NCBI GenBank assembly: GCA_964597145.1
Contig: CAZQWH010000002.1
Location: forward strand, 113,232-177,231
Source of the DNA: an uncultured Candidatus Saccharibacteria bacterium
GTDB lineage: Bacteria; Patescibacteriota; CAZHWT01
Direction of reading: 5' to 3'
Length of the DNA: 64,000 nt
Shown: positions 26,510-37,163 of the stretch, one piece after another
How the letters are laid out: each line of letters begins with the position of its first letter
Position numbering within the stretch: position 1 is the stretch's first letter
The notes under the pieces: generated by a model
The model's input: only the letters and a program-made list of their open reading frames with translations
Database searches by the model: none
Told to the model about the DNA's origin: nothing
Translations under genes and position numbers: made by a program

Positions 26510-27199
26510 ATGGATTTATCTGAACTAGAAAAAATTATTGAAGTAACATTTGCCAACCAAGACATCCTCCGCACCGCCTTGGTGCACCGGTCATATTTAA
26601 ATGAAAACCCTCGATTCAATTTACCATCCAATGAGCGATTAGAGTTTCTGGGTGATGCCGTATTAGAATTAATTGTATCGGATCATCTCTACCGCACCTA
26701 CCCCGAATCTGCTGAAGGAGATTTAACCAATTTTCGCTCCAGCTTAGTCAATACCACTTCGTTAGCCGAAAGCTCTTTAAAGTTGGGAGTCGGCCAGTTT
26801 TTGTTCTTATCTAAAGGCGAAGAGGGGAGTGGTGGTCGCAAAAACCAGTATATTCTAGCCAACACATTCGAGGCCTTATTAGGAGCAATTTATCTCGACC
26901 AAGGGCTGGATGCCGCCTCAAAATTTGTCCATACTCATTTAATTATAAAGTTGTCCGAAATTATTGAGCAACAACTGTATAAAGACAGTAAAAGTTCATT
27001 GCAAGAACAGGCTCAAGAGGAAATCTCCGTCACCCCAACGTATCGAGTCTTATCCGAAACTGGCCCCGATCACAACAAGATGTTTACGGTTGGCGTGTAT
27101 GCTGGCCAGAAGCTGCTAGCAAAGGGTTCGGGCAAAAGTAAGCAGCAAGCCGAGCAGCAAGCCGCTTCTGCCGCGCTTGCAAACTGGGATAACTCGTGA
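26510..27199 (+). CDS. rnc: Ribonuclease III
   Basis: NERLEFLGDAVL, dsRBD. Confidence 0.97.
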   Translation: MDLSELEKIIEVTFANQDILRTALVHRSYLNENPRFNLPSNERLEFLGDAVLELIVSDHLYRTYPESAEGDLTNFRSSLVNTTSLAESSLKLGVGQFLFLSKGEEGSGGRKNQYILANTFEALLGAIYLDQGLDAASKFVHTHLIIKLSEIIEQQLYKDSKSSLQEQAQEEISVTPTYRVLSETGPDHNKMFTVGVYAGQKLLAKGSGKSKQQAEQQAASAALANWDNS

Positions 27200-27255
27200 T
27201 ACAATTTGCCACTGATGTGCCACAGTTTTAAAGACAAGAAGGAATTATTTTATTT

Positions 27256-27645
27256 ATGACAAAGATTCGCTTAGCTCGCTTCGGCAGCCGACACCAACCT
27301 CACTACCGGATTGTAGTGGCAGATAGCCGCTCCCGTCGTGATGGTCGTTTTATTGAATCTCTGGGGTCATACAATCCCCAAGCTGGCACAGTACAGCTAA
27401 ATGCAGAACGAGCCAACTACTGGCTATCAGTTGGAGCCCAACCAACTAATACCACTATTTCGCTTTTGACCAAAGGTGGGGTAAAACACTCCTTTGAAGT
27501 GGCTAAAAAACCTTTCCGGAAGAAGGAAGATCCCGCAACTACCGAAGAAGCAATCACCGAAAACCCGGTTTCCGACGAAGCCGCCGCCGCTCAATCTGAA
27601 CAAGCTACCGATGCAGAACCAGCCGCCGAAGAAGCGACCAGTTAA
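27256..27645 (+). CDS. rpsP: 30S ribosomal protein S16 with acidic tail
   Basis: [33 protein letters not shown]. Confidence 0.96.
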   Translation: MTKIRLARFGSRHQPHYRIVVADSRSRRDGRFIESLGSYNPQAGTVQLNAERANYWLSVGAQPTNTTISLLTKGGVKHSFEVAKKPFRKKEDPATTEEAITENPVSDEAAAAQSEQATDAEPAAEEATS

Positions 27646-27703
27646 GCACACCAATCCAAACCAAATTATCAGATGCGTTGGCATGCAGTAGAAACGAGTC
27701 CAC

Positions 27704-27973
27704 ATGCAAGAATTACTTACGTACATTGTTACCTCAATTGTTCATCACCCCGAAGCAGTCACCGTCTCTCAAGTAGAGAGCGAGGACGGGCAGCATGTAA
27801 CCCTGCGTCTATCAGTGCATGCCGATGATATGGGCTTAATTATTGGCAAAGAAGGTAACATTGCCCGATCTTTACGTAACATTGTCAAAGCCCAAGCCAT
27901 GAAGCACAACCAGAAAGTGTATATTGACATCTTAGAATCAACTGCCGCCGAAGCCACGAGTACGGGGCAATAA
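27704..27973 (+). CDS. khpA: KH-domain RNA-binding protein
   Basis: DMGLIIGKEGNIARSLR; follows rpsP. Confidence 0.88.
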   Translation: MQELLTYIVTSIVHHPEAVTVSQVESEDGQHVTLRLSVHADDMGLIIGKEGNIARSLRNIVKAQAMKHNQKVYIDILESTAAEATSTGQ

Positions 27974-28019
27974 GTAAGTTCAAAAAACTAATCCAACCCA
28001 CTCCACAGCCATGCATTTT

Positions 28020-28048
28020 AAAATCCCAGCCGCTTAAGCTGGGATTTT
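28020..28048. terminator. Bidirectional terminator
   Basis: AAAATCCCAGC..GCTGGGATTTT between convergent khpA and pilO. Confidence 0.7.
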
Positions 28049-28083
28049 CTTTTACAGTAACACGTCTTTTAGGCGCAATTTTT

Positions 28084-28803
28084 TTAGAAGGGGCTAGTCT
28101 TACCTACAATGCTACTAACATCGGTTGGAGCGTAATCAACTTCCTCGAAGGATTTCAAGTAATCCACAACCGACGTTTCGGCAGAACCAAGCTCTTGGAA
28201 TGGAGCTTCCAGTGCAAGCGTTGCAGGATGAGGGATGTACGGTGAGCGAATATCAAAGCTAGCCGTCGCCGGAGTGTCGCCCTCGCCTTTAGTAATGTGT
28301 AACGTTTCTAGAGCCAATACCCGCGATACCATTTCGGAACGGGTAATAAACATAGCAATCTGCTCATAACTGCCTTCCATTGATACAGTAGCGGTGATAC
28401 TACCCAAACCTTCGACTTTGGCCGCCGCATCGGATGGCTGAACAGCCGAAACTGCACCATTGGCATACGTAATACCTTTAACTCCAACCCCAGCTACGCG
28501 CGCAACCTGCTCAATCGTACCCAACAATCCAGCTGGATCCATAGTTGCCGGGATGGCCGGCAGAACCGTCTGTTCTAGCAAGGCTTTATTCTCGGTCACA
28601 TCAAACTTCTCTAAAGCATCGGCTTTAACCTTGAGCGCGTCACGTCGATCAGATTCAACCGCGGCCTTATCCCAATTAGTTGTAATATCGTTAAACCAGG
28701 GCATAATTGCCAAAGGCACAGCTGCAACTACGACCACAGCCGCTATAATTGGAAGGGCATACGTTTTAAGACTATCCATGTTCATTGATGAAGAAGTTTC
28801 CAT
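28084..28803 (-). CDS. pilO: Type IV pilus alignment protein PilO-like
   Basis: N-terminal TM, coiled coil, GSYEQIAMF motif; follows pilN. Confidence 0.7.
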   Translation of the reverse strand: METSSSMNMDSLKTYALPIIAAVVVVAAVPLAIMPWFNDITTNWDKAAVESDRRDALKVKADALEKFDVTENKALLEQTVLPAIPATMDPAGLLGTIEQVARVAGVGVKGITYANGAVSAVQPSDAAAKVEGLGSITATVSMEGSYEQIAMFITRSEMVSRVLALETLHITKGEGDTPATASFDIRSPYIPHPATLALEAPFQELGSAETSVVDYLKSFEEVDYAPTDVSSIVGKTSPF

Positions 28804-29405
28804 TACTCGGCAGCTCCAGACGTCTGCGCATGATGCAGCAGACTGGGATTAATGTTAAAGGTAAGCCCAAATTCGACCTCACCTGTTTGATCGTTGCGAG
28901 AAATAGTAGTGAGCATTGGGTTGCGGAAGTTAGTCCCAACCTCAGAGCCAGCTCGAGCTCCCGACATGGTCAGCTTGGCATAGAAGCCAGCTAGATCGGC
29001 ATACGAAGCGACGCTACCGGACAAGGTAACTTTAAGATCACTTGCAATCAACATATCAGATAAACCAAGCGACTCTGGCAAAGTCTGATTAAACGCTGCA
29101 AGGAAGGTGGTAAAATGGTTTTGTTGGTCAAAAAAAGCATCCAACCCATGGATTCGCTTAATCAGGCTTTGTTGAATCCCTTCTTCGTTTTTCTTGGTTT
29201 GAATACGTTCGGTTTGCGTCTGAATATCTGCCGCGATTGCGTTAAGTTGCTGGTCTAATACCAGCTTAGTGGCAAATAACCCAACCACCACTACAATGGC
29301 AACCACCAGCACAATAGCACTAACTTGGTTAACCATCTTACGTTGGCGATTTTGCTGGGTATTTTCTTCGCTTTGTTGCGGCAGGAGGTTAATATTGTCA
29401 GCCAT
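28803..29405 (-). CDS. pilN: Type IV pilus protein PilN-like
   Basis: N-terminal INLLP motif, TM, coiled coil. Confidence 0.8.
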   Translation of the reverse strand: MADNINLLPQQSEENTQQNRQRKMVNQVSAIVLVVAIVVVVGLFATKLVLDQQLNAIAADIQTQTERIQTKKNEEGIQQSLIKRIHGLDAFFDQQNHFTTFLAAFNQTLPESLGLSDMLIASDLKVTLSGSVASYADLAGFYAKLTMSGARAGSEVGTNFRNPMLTTISRNDQTGEVEFGLTFNINPSLLHHAQTSGAAE

Positions 29406-29481
29406 GGGCAGTTAAATTAGTTAAGATTATTGTAGTGGTACGCTTGGCTGATTGTCAATACCTGGAATCGACGAGCACCAA

Positions 29482-30519
29482 TTAGGAGACCATCTTCATG
29501 GCCAGGCCAACCGCAACCGCATAGCTGGTTTCGTCTTCTTGGACTTGCTGTTGCAGATGTGCCGGCACTTCAACATTTTGCCAGGCTGAGCCAATTTGAA
29601 CTTCTAGTCCGATTGTCGTGGCCAGATATACTACCATGCCAGGCAAATTAGCGGTTCCACCAACTAATACTACACGCTTAACCGGATCCATGGAATGCCG
29701 GGTTTGATAAAAGAGGATAGCCCGTTCGATCTCTGAAGTTATAATATCAAATACCGGCTTAATTGCCTGCATAATTTTCCCCTCGAGCTGATCTTCTACT
29801 AAGCCATAATTTTTTTTGTATTCTTCGGCTTGGCCCATTTCAAAACCTAAATCTTGGGCAATAGCCCGGGCTAAGGCCACGCCACCAGTGGCAATTGAAC
29901 GGGTAAAGCTAATAACACCATGGGAAATAATAGAGAGATCGGTGGTGCTCGCCCCAATTGAAATGAGTAACGTTGTTGGCCCTGGATCGCGACCATCAAC
30001 CAAACAGCGCTTCACGGCAATAGTTTCGGTCTCAAACGCAATTGGCGTTAGTTTAGCCTCTTTGAGTACCCCCATATACCGATCAATCAAGGTAATCGGA
30101 GCCGCAACCAGGAATACGCTCATTCTTTTATTTTGGTCTTTGGCGTCGGGCCGGGTTAAAACCTGCCACGACAGCTTGACGTCTTTTAAAGGGAGGGGAA
30201 TGTACTGCTCCGCTTCCCACTGGATAGCATTCGCCAACTCTTTGTCATTCATAGCTGGCACTTCAATAACTCGAGTAAAGATTGCCGATTCGGCAAAAGC
30301 AGTAGCTACATTAGGCGTAGTAATCTTGGCATCTTTAATCAGATTTTTAATCGCAGCCGCCAAAGCTCCTTGGTCAAGTGGCGCATCGGAGGATAGGGCA
30401 TTGGCAGGGGTATTGGCTTTACCAAAAGCCTGAAGAATAAATCGCTTATTCTCCTGCTTTAACTGCACTACTTTAATGCTATGTGTCCCAATATCTAATC
30501 CAAAAAAGTCTGAAGCCAT
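29482..30519 (-). CDS. pilM: Type IV pilus assembly protein PilM
   Basis: GLDIGTHSIKVVQ, WEAEQYIP, IGASTTD, AVGLA. Confidence 0.93.
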   Translation of the reverse strand: MASDFFGLDIGTHSIKVVQLKQENKRFILQAFGKANTPANALSSDAPLDQGALAAAIKNLIKDAKITTPNVATAFAESAIFTRVIEVPAMNDKELANAIQWEAEQYIPLPLKDVKLSWQVLTRPDAKDQNKRMSVFLVAAPITLIDRYMGVLKEAKLTPIAFETETIAVKRCLVDGRDPGPTTLLISIGASTTDLSIISHGVISFTRSIATGGVALARAIAQDLGFEMGQAEEYKKNYGLVEDQLEGKIMQAIKPVFDIITSEIERAILFYQTRHSMDPVKRVVLVGGTANLPGMVVYLATTIGLEVQIGSAWQNVEVPAHLQQQVQEDETSYAVAVGLAMKMVS

Positions 30520-30658
30520 AGGCAGATACCTGAATACATCAGGCGTACTTGTACCTCTACTATACAGACCAGGCTAATTTAATGTCAATCTGGCTATGAG
30601 CCATATCATAGCTAGATTTCATTTTGATTTAGGCTAACAACCAAGCTATAATGCCATC

Positions 30659-31396
30659 ATGCCCGCTGCCAAAAAGCCCACTGCCCATCGAACAAAAAAG
30701 AGTAGTCCAACTCGGTCCCACCAACCAACTACAAAATCAACCCATAAAGCCAGTCGGCGATTGACCAAAGCCAAACCACCAACGCCAGTTTTTTCGCCTA
30801 ACTCTACTACAGCCAATCAATCACTGCCTATGCCCGTCGCACCCGAGCGAGTACCTAACCGAGTATATGCACCATTAATTCGCACAACCTACAACTCGAC
30901 ATGGTTGCGACGCCTAGGTATAGCTGCAGGCGTCTTAGCTGTGGGAGGTATAGCTTATATTGGTTGGACATTCCGTCAATATATACCAGGCTTTACCTCC
31001 CCATCATCCAAGACCAAGGTGGCACCGGTTACCCATCTATCTATTTCACCAACCCCGACACCAGACCTATCTAAGTTAGATCAATTACCTTCTCAGTTAT
31101 TCACCGAAGCTAGTGCTTCAGCCCAAAGCACAACACCACTCGGCCAGGCCAGTACTTCGGCTCAGTTAGCTAGCCAGTTGCAGGGCCAGACCTCGGCCGA
31201 GCTTAAACAAAAGTTAAACCAATATATTACCAATCTTGACACGTTAAAGGTTGATACCAAAAACCTACGGGCCTATCGCGATGAAGTCAGCACACTTGAG
31301 AGTCAGGGGCAAACCGAAACCGTTCACCGCTTACTCGTTGAAGCGGTAGTACACGCCTACGAATTAACTGCCCTTCATCAATATTACAGCCGCTAA
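30659..31396 (+). CDS. Hypothetical single-TM protein with basic N-terminus
   Basis: K/T/P-rich N-terminus, TM, PTPTP linker, helical C-terminus. Confidence 0.7.
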   Translation: MPAAKKPTAHRTKKSSPTRSHQPTTKSTHKASRRLTKAKPPTPVFSPNSTTANQSLPMPVAPERVPNRVYAPLIRTTYNSTWLRRLGIAAGVLAVGGIAYIGWTFRQYIPGFTSPSSKTKVAPVTHLSISPTPTPDLSKLDQLPSQLFTEASASAQSTTPLGQASTSAQLASQLQGQTSAELKQKLNQYITNLDTLKVDTKNLRAYRDEVSTLESQGQTETVHRLLVEAVVHAYELTALHQYYSR

Positions 31397-31397
31397 A

Positions 31398-33338
31398 TTA
31401 CTCTATTTCTTGCCATTTAAACCGAGCATCTTGCTGTCCAAACAAACCAGCAAAAACAGGGTTGGTTAAATACTTGACGGGATAATCAATAATTTCGGCT
31501 GGATTATCGTTTTTATTTTTACCTAAATCTCGACCAAAAATCAGGTTTTGACCAGCGATAAGCCCGCCTTGGTGGGTTAAACTGGCGGTTTTTTTACTAT
31601 CTTCGGAGGAGCCGTTAGTGTTAATATCCCCGGCTGCAATAAGAAATCCTTGGCTCTGGCTCGTATTTTCTGAAAAAATGATATTACCTGTTACCAAAAA
31701 GGCAACGGCACTGCCATCGTTAAGACTGTAATCGCGATTAATACTTAAGTTGCCTTCGATAATAATAATGGCGCTAAACTCCGAACTGGTAAATCCAGAC
31801 GATAAAGAATTTTGGTCAAGGGTGTAATTACCGGTGTAATAGTAAACACCGCTAGTCGAGGGTAGTTTATTACCCGGCAAAGCCACCGCCCGCGATCTAA
31901 TTTGATTGTAATGTGGCAAAAAATCACTCAAGGTTGGTCCAGTTGGTAGGGCATGGGTATACGGGGCTACCAGCCAGGAATAGTAGGAGGCAACATTATA
32001 GAGAGAATCGCCGCCGATTATTACCCCGTGGGTAGTGTATTCGCCATCTGGCAACGGGCCCAGGCTATCAATACCTCCGTTAGCAAATATATCGCCGCCA
32101 TTAACTACTTTAAGCCATGGCCCAAAGAGGGAGTAGGCCGGGCTTGTAGCCAAACTACTCGCTACGTCATACAGCCGAAATTGGACTTTAGGCTTGGTGT
32201 TAATAGCACTATTACCCATATCGGTTGGTGGAGTTTGAAGCTTAACGTAACCGGTATAACCACTAGCCGCCGAAGCACCAGTATCGATCCGAGTAACTGA
32301 ATCCATAGGCAACCACCCACTCCAACAGTTGCAACCGCCGCTATCATACCAACGATACTGGGCCGAGGATACTTGAACCCCCGATGAAACATCGCGAACA
32401 CTCACCCAGCTGGCATATGTGTGGTTATTGCCTTGTTGTTGCCAGCCGAAATCGGACCAGTCTTGAGGTTGCACCGTATCAATCTTAATTGGAAACTCAA
32501 TATTGGTTGGCTCACTATTACCTTGATTATCTGTAGAGTAGTAGCGAAGCGTATTTTGGCCATTCTGCAGCATCGTAAATTGGGTTAAGGCGTCGGCGCC
32601 GGTATACATGCTCACGCCATCATACCAAGTGAGACCAGCCGCAGACTGCGAGCCGAGTTTAACATAAACTCCATCATAACCAGCTGGAATCGTAAATTCG
32701 ACGGCTTTAAGCGTCCAGTCCAGCTCGTAGGCCACTTTATCGCTTTCGGCACGCTTGCTGTCGCTTTTGGCTCCAGTACTATCTAGGGCCCAAACTTCGA
32801 ACCAGGCACCTGGGGCAGTGGTAATATTAAAAGTTTTAATCCAAGTTGAAACACTGTAAGTTTTTCCAGCAACCACCGGGATGTAGTTATCGTGGTTGGT
32901 CCAATATTGATACTCGCCGCTAAACGATGCAATAGCAGCCGAACGATAGCCAAGCCGGGCAGTTGAAGATTGATAGAGTAGTGACCAGCCACCAGGAGCA
33001 ACCGGTTGCCAGTTATTAATTCCAATCAACCACCCACTTTCAAAGGATGGGTTAATGATTGCATTATCTAAAGACTCAAAATTTTTCGTTATTGGGCTAT
33101 CGCTGTTAATTTGGTACGTTGTTGAAGCTGGGCTACTTTCTAAATCAAAAGCCCGTAGATTAACGTCAACACTGGTAACATACCAATCTTGATTACCTTC
33201 TACTCCAGACAGAATTAAGTCTGTTGCAGGCGGAGTTGAATCTGCAGCCAGGACTGGGGTGGTGCCAGTCGCAACAACCAATAGAGCAATACCACTATAT
33301 ATCAAGCTAATCCGGAATAATCGTGCTGAATGCAACAT
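31398..33338 (-). CDS. Large secreted pilus-associated protein (CBM-like, Ig-like and beta-rich C-terminal regions)
   Basis: Signal peptide; NPSFE...W and YSVSTWIKT CBM4/9-like; YYSTDNQGNSE; last gene of the minor-pilin cluster. Confidence 0.7.
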   Translation of the reverse strand: MLHSARLFRISLIYSGIALLVVATGTTPVLAADSTPPATDLILSGVEGNQDWYVTSVDVNLRAFDLESSPASTTYQINSDSPITKNFESLDNAIINPSFESGWLIGINNWQPVAPGGWSLLYQSSTARLGYRSAAIASFSGEYQYWTNHDNYIPVVAGKTYSVSTWIKTFNITTAPGAWFEVWALDSTGAKSDSKRAESDKVAYELDWTLKAVEFTIPAGYDGVYVKLGSQSAAGLTWYDGVSMYTGADALTQFTMLQNGQNTLRYYSTDNQGNSEPTNIEFPIKIDTVQPQDWSDFGWQQQGNNHTYASWVSVRDVSSGVQVSSAQYRWYDSGGCNCWSGWLPMDSVTRIDTGASAASGYTGYVKLQTPPTDMGNSAINTKPKVQFRLYDVASSLATSPAYSLFGPWLKVVNGGDIFANGGIDSLGPLPDGEYTTHGVIIGGDSLYNVASYYSWLVAPYTHALPTGPTLSDFLPHYNQIRSRAVALPGNKLPSTSGVYYYTGNYTLDQNSLSSGFTSSEFSAIIIIEGNLSINRDYSLNDGSAVAFLVTGNIIFSENTSQSQGFLIAAGDINTNGSSEDSKKTASLTHQGGLIAGQNLIFGRDLGKNKNDNPAEIIDYPVKYLTNPVFAGLFGQQDARFKWQEIE

Positions 33339-33384
33339 AAAACTGGGAACCCAACTGCTTCTTATACTCTAACTAGCGAGCACC

Positions 33385-34266
33385 TTATTTAGAGAGTGGG
33401 CTGGTTGAACCATTAAACAGGGCGTAGTCAAAAATTGCCGGCAAGGAAGAAGTTGTTTTAAGCACTTTAACCGTGCGCTGCTTTCCACCCACCACAGCGG
33501 TTGAGATAATTTGTTGGCCTTGGAAAGGCAGTACATTGGCACCTGGGTCAAAAGCGATGGGCTTATCCCCAACATACATAAGTCGAACCCGTACCATAAC
33601 CGGTAGGCTGCCCGAGGCAACATAGGAGCCGCCTGGGGTTAAGTCTAAGCTAACTTTATAGCCATAACTACCATGGGTCTCACCATCTTGAAGATCCAAC
33701 ACAGTGGTGGGGTTAACCGTAATAGAGCTGGAGGAGTGGTCAAAGTTATTAGCTAATCGTCCTGAATCAAGACAACCATCATACGCCCCCTTATGCAGGC
33801 CGTATGACCCAGATGAATCTTTATACACCACCGAGACAACGACTGCCGAAGCATTCGGGCAAGTAGCTCCAACATTGTCTCCATTATTACCCCAGTATAA
33901 ATCGAGTGATGTACCCTCGTAAGAGTCAAGATTCACTTGAATAACTTCGTCTTTGTCTAAGGTCGATACACCAAAGGCATCGGTAGTTCCGCCAGCATCG
34001 GTAACACTAACTTTGGCATCTACTCCAGAAATACTAGCGGAGCAATCAGTTTCATTACAGGCATTAGGGTTGGTCTTAAGTTGAACAAGCGCCCGCTCAA
34101 TACCAGCTTCGGCCGCACTAAAAGCCCGATTAGATTGATCGAGTTCGGCAGAATTACGGAGCGTGCTCAAGGTGCGCGAGGCAATAGACAGGCCAATAGT
34201 TAGGGCAACTAGCACCACCAATAAAACCAAGACCAAGATTTGTCCAGAAGCAGAACGATGATTCAT
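33385..34266 (-). CDS. PilX-like minor pilin
   Basis: SGQILVLVLLVVLV...AFSAAEAGIERAL. Confidence 0.8.
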   Translation of the reverse strand: MNHRSASGQILVLVLLVVLVALTIGLSIASRTLSTLRNSAELDQSNRAFSAAEAGIERALVQLKTNPNACNETDCSASISGVDAKVSVTDAGGTTDAFGVSTLDKDEVIQVNLDSYEGTSLDLYWGNNGDNVGATCPNASAVVVSVVYKDSSGSYGLHKGAYDGCLDSGRLANNFDHSSSSITVNPTTVLDLQDGETHGSYGYKVSLDLTPGGSYVASGSLPVMVRVRLMYVGDKPIAFDPGANVLPFQGQQIISTAVVGGKQRTVKVLKTTSSLPAIFDYALFNGSTSPLSK

Positions 34267-34342
34267 TGACTTATATTATGTATGGCTGATTATATGATGT
34301 CAACCAAACTAAATTCTTCTAATTGCCCTCAAGGATAATAAA

Positions 34343-34999
34343 TTAGTAGTCACGCAAGCTAACCGTAGTACGCAAGGGGATAGTGGTCGCGGTAGAGCCA
34401 ACTGTCACTCCCTCGGCTAGCACCATATCTATAGTAACCGAACTAATCCCTTCATCTCCAGTATTAACCGTAAAAATAGCTGCCGAGTCACTTTTACGAA
34501 CGCTCACTCCAGATCTTTCGTCCGTATCAAAAAGCTGAATTGCCGTTGAATCATTACATTGGTCACCAGTGTCGGTTAGGTAATACCGAGTCAAGGTGCC
34601 ATTATCTTCGCTCGTCGGAGCCGTCCAATCATAGACTGTCTGGGCGCAGCCGCCATTAATTGAATATTCAAGCGAGTTTGGCGGAATAGTAATGATAACT
34701 TGGCAATTATCTGTATCGGTGCAATCTCCGTCATGGCTTCGAACTTCTACATCAGAGGCACCCCGAATGCTACGCTCTAAGACTTCCAAAACTTGTGCAC
34801 CCTGTGTTTGCATGCGGCTAAGCGCATTGGCGGTATCATACGAATTATTAATCACAGCAAAGATTGAAACTCCAATTCCACCCAAGATACCTAGCAAAGC
34901 AATACTCACCAAAAGCTCGACCAGGGTGAATCCAGCCCCGGACTGGGGTAATCTAGCTGCTGTAAAGGAGGGTTGAGATTGTGAGAGTTTATTAACCAT
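34343..34999 (-). CDS. PilW-like minor pilin
   Basis: GFTLVELLVSI class III signal peptide. Confidence 0.85.
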   Translation of the reverse strand: MVNKLSQSQPSFTAARLPQSGAGFTLVELLVSIALLGILGGIGVSIFAVINNSYDTANALSRMQTQGAQVLEVLERSIRGASDVEVRSHDGDCTDTDNCQVIITIPPNSLEYSINGGCAQTVYDWTAPTSEDNGTLTRYYLTDTGDQCNDSTAIQLFDTDERSGVSVRKSDSAAIFTVNTGDEGISSVTIDMVLAEGVTVGSTATTIPLRTTVSLRDY

Positions 35000-35009
35000 A
35001 ATTAGTTCC

Positions 35010-35540
35010 TTATCTCCAGTTAGTCAGAATGGTGGTGGCTGCACTATTGCCATGGAACGATGTCCCGCGATAACCATAACAGACCGTTACCGTAATAGTT
35101 GCCTCGCTTCCGGCATCATTTAACGACATTTTCACCACCCGATAATAGCCATTATCATCGATCTGATAAGCAGACGACTTAGCCGCCGCATCAGAGCATA
35201 CAGCAGCCGCCATAGTGCTGGATTGATACGCCAACACCCCATTAGTGGTGAAAGAGTAATATTGGGTTGCGTCTGGGTCTAGATCATTCGATTCACCCAC
35301 ACCCAATAACGTATCCCAACCATCATTATCTCTAATATGGCGCAGGCCCTCGATTCCCGATCGTACATACTGGTCAGCAATGGTGTGATTGCGGGATTCG
35401 GCTACATTGCGACTGGCAGTATTGGCCAACACTACTAGCGCCGACAAACTAATCATCACAATCGAAACAGCCAAGATTATTTCTAGTAAGGATATACCTT
35501 GGCTATTAGCTAGCTGGCGGACATGCAGACGTCTGAGCAT
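35010..35540 (-). CDS. PilV-like minor pilin
   Basis: GISLLEIILA; LTNWR C-terminus; GGAGAG SD before ATG 35540. Confidence 0.8.
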   Translation of the reverse strand: MLRRLHVRQLANSQGISLLEIILAVSIVMISLSALVVLANTASRNVAESRNHTIADQYVRSGIEGLRHIRDNDGWDTLLGVGESNDLDPDATQYYSFTTNGVLAYQSSTMAAAVCSDAAAKSSAYQIDDNGYYRVVKMSLNDAGSEATITVTVCYGYRGTSFHGNSAATTILTNWR

Positions 35541-36198
35541 AGACTCTCCCTTGGTTAATACATATATGATAGGTGTGGGCAGTTGCAGGCAGCCGCTGAT
35601 TAGATAGAGTGAGCTCTTCCGCAGACTTGGTCGTATCGTCACAATCACCACCATCAAACACAACCCTGCCGGTTACCACACAATACAGGATGCTCTTATT
35701 GCCCTCACCGCCACCAAACTGAACACCACCTGGCAATGAGACACTAGAAATTTTATTACTTACCGCTGGTGCCGTAGGGCAACTTTCGCCCGCTTTATTA
35801 TGTGAGCGGAGCATAAAACTGGTTACATATTTTTCACCGCCAGCATCAACAGTCAACTTATATCCATCAACGTACGGCTGGTTATTTTCAGAGACAGGTG
35901 AGCAATCAGTTATGGGGCCATTGGGTTCAGGAATCGTAAACCGGTCTTGGTTGTTGGCTAGCGCTTGGTTTTGCAAAGACTTAATAGTGGTCACCAGCTC
36001 ATTGGCGGCATTGGTTAATTTTTGGTTCTCATAAATGCCATTGAGCTGAGGCAGTCCCACCGCGGCTAAAATACTCAAGACGGCAATAGCAACCAATAAT
36101 TCAATCAAAGTAAACCCGGTGCTAGATTGGGATGCGGAATCTAAATGTAATCGTGCAAATCGATGTATCATCGAAGCGTGGGCAGATATATTCATCAT
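35506..36198 (-). CDS. FimT/FimU-like minor pilin
   Basis: GFTLIELLVAIAV; ATGA overlap with the pilD stop. Confidence 0.82.
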   Translation of the reverse strand: MMNISAHASMIHRFARLHLDSASQSSTGFTLIELLVAIAVLSILAAVGLPQLNGIYENQKLTNAANELVTTIKSLQNQALANNQDRFTIPEPNGPITDCSPVSENNQPYVDGYKLTVDAGGEKYVTSFMLRSHNKAGESCPTAPAVSNKISSVSLPGGVQFGGGEGNKSILYCVVTGRVVFDGGDCDDTTKSAEELTLSNQRLPATAHTYHICINQGRVYAQTSACPPAS

Positions 36199-37076
36199 AG
36201 CCAGAGTCGGTTGTACCAGTTGACGACGGTTGGCGTTAGCCAAAGTGCAACGATTGCCCCCACAACCAGAAATGGCCCAAAGGGGATGGCGTTGCCAAAT
36301 TTGGTACGCTTGCCCGCTATCAGAAGCAATGATATCACGCTGCCCAAAATAAAGGCAAGGTAGAGGCCAACCACAATACCAGGGAAACCCAAGAGCAGCC
36401 CCAAGAATAACGCTAACTTAACATCACCCATGCCCATACCCGGCTTGTGTAAGATTTTTTGTGAACCAACCACGATTACTAAAAAGAACAGACCAGCAAT
36501 CAAGCCACTAGCTATAGTTTGCCACAATACACTAAGTGCTGGAGCCGGATTAGTTGGTTGCCATAGCAATGGTTGGTTTACCGTCACGGCAAGTATTGCC
36601 GCTACAACAAATACCAGACTGCCGCCAATTGTCCAAGGATTGGGCAACTCGCCCCAGCGCAGGTCATACATAAACAATGCCACCAAAAGCACCATACCAG
36701 CCCATGCCACTGCGAGGCTTAGCCCAATCCACAACCAGTTGCTACCCAACCCAAAAAGCAATTGATGCTCTAGAGCATGGCTTAGGGTGAGCCAGGTGCA
36801 AAAACTAAATAAAACTGCAGTTGCTACCTCGGTGGCCACATAATGCCAACCAATTGCCTCCTTACAGTAACGACAACGACCACGCAGGGCAATAAAAGAC
36901 AAAATAGGGAAGAGGTCCAGCCAACTCAGCGGATGTTGACAACCAGGGCACACCGAATGCTTTTCGCTCATTGAGCGTTGATGGCGAGTACGATAGACCA
37001 AGGCCGTAATAAAACTGCCAAAAATTGCACCAACCATAAATGAAAAAGCAACAATCAACCAAACTATATTAAGCAT
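36195..37076 (-). CDS. pilD: Prepilin peptidase
   Basis: GSF, CPGC..GRCRYC, GMGMGDVKL, IPFGPFL. Confidence 0.95.
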   Translation of the reverse strand: MLNIVWLIVAFSFMVGAIFGSFITALVYRTRHQRSMSEKHSVCPGCQHPLSWLDLFPILSFIALRGRCRYCKEAIGWHYVATEVATAVLFSFCTWLTLSHALEHQLLFGLGSNWLWIGLSLAVAWAGMVLLVALFMYDLRWGELPNPWTIGGSLVFVVAAILAVTVNQPLLWQPTNPAPALSVLWQTIASGLIAGLFFLVIVVGSQKILHKPGMGMGDVKLALFLGLLLGFPGIVVGLYLAFILGSVISLLLIAGKRTKFGNAIPFGPFLVVGAIVALWLTPTVVNWYNRLWL

Positions 37077-37104
37077 GCATACAGCCTACCATGGATAAAT
37101 CCTA

Positions 37105-37136
37105 AAAAGATAGCGCCCGATTGGGCGCTATCTTTT
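37105..37136 (-). terminator. Terminator downstream of major pilin
   Basis: AAAAGATAGCGCCC-GATT-GGGCGCTATCTTTT. Confidence 0.8.
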
Positions 37137-37163
37137 GAAATACCTTTGAAATAAACCAAGGGC

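Noticed and set aside
29816-30433. Long antisense ORFs (e.g. 29816-30433, 43099-43626, 10381-10815)
   Set aside because: Shadow frames opposite well-conserved genes, with no SD or recognisable motifs.
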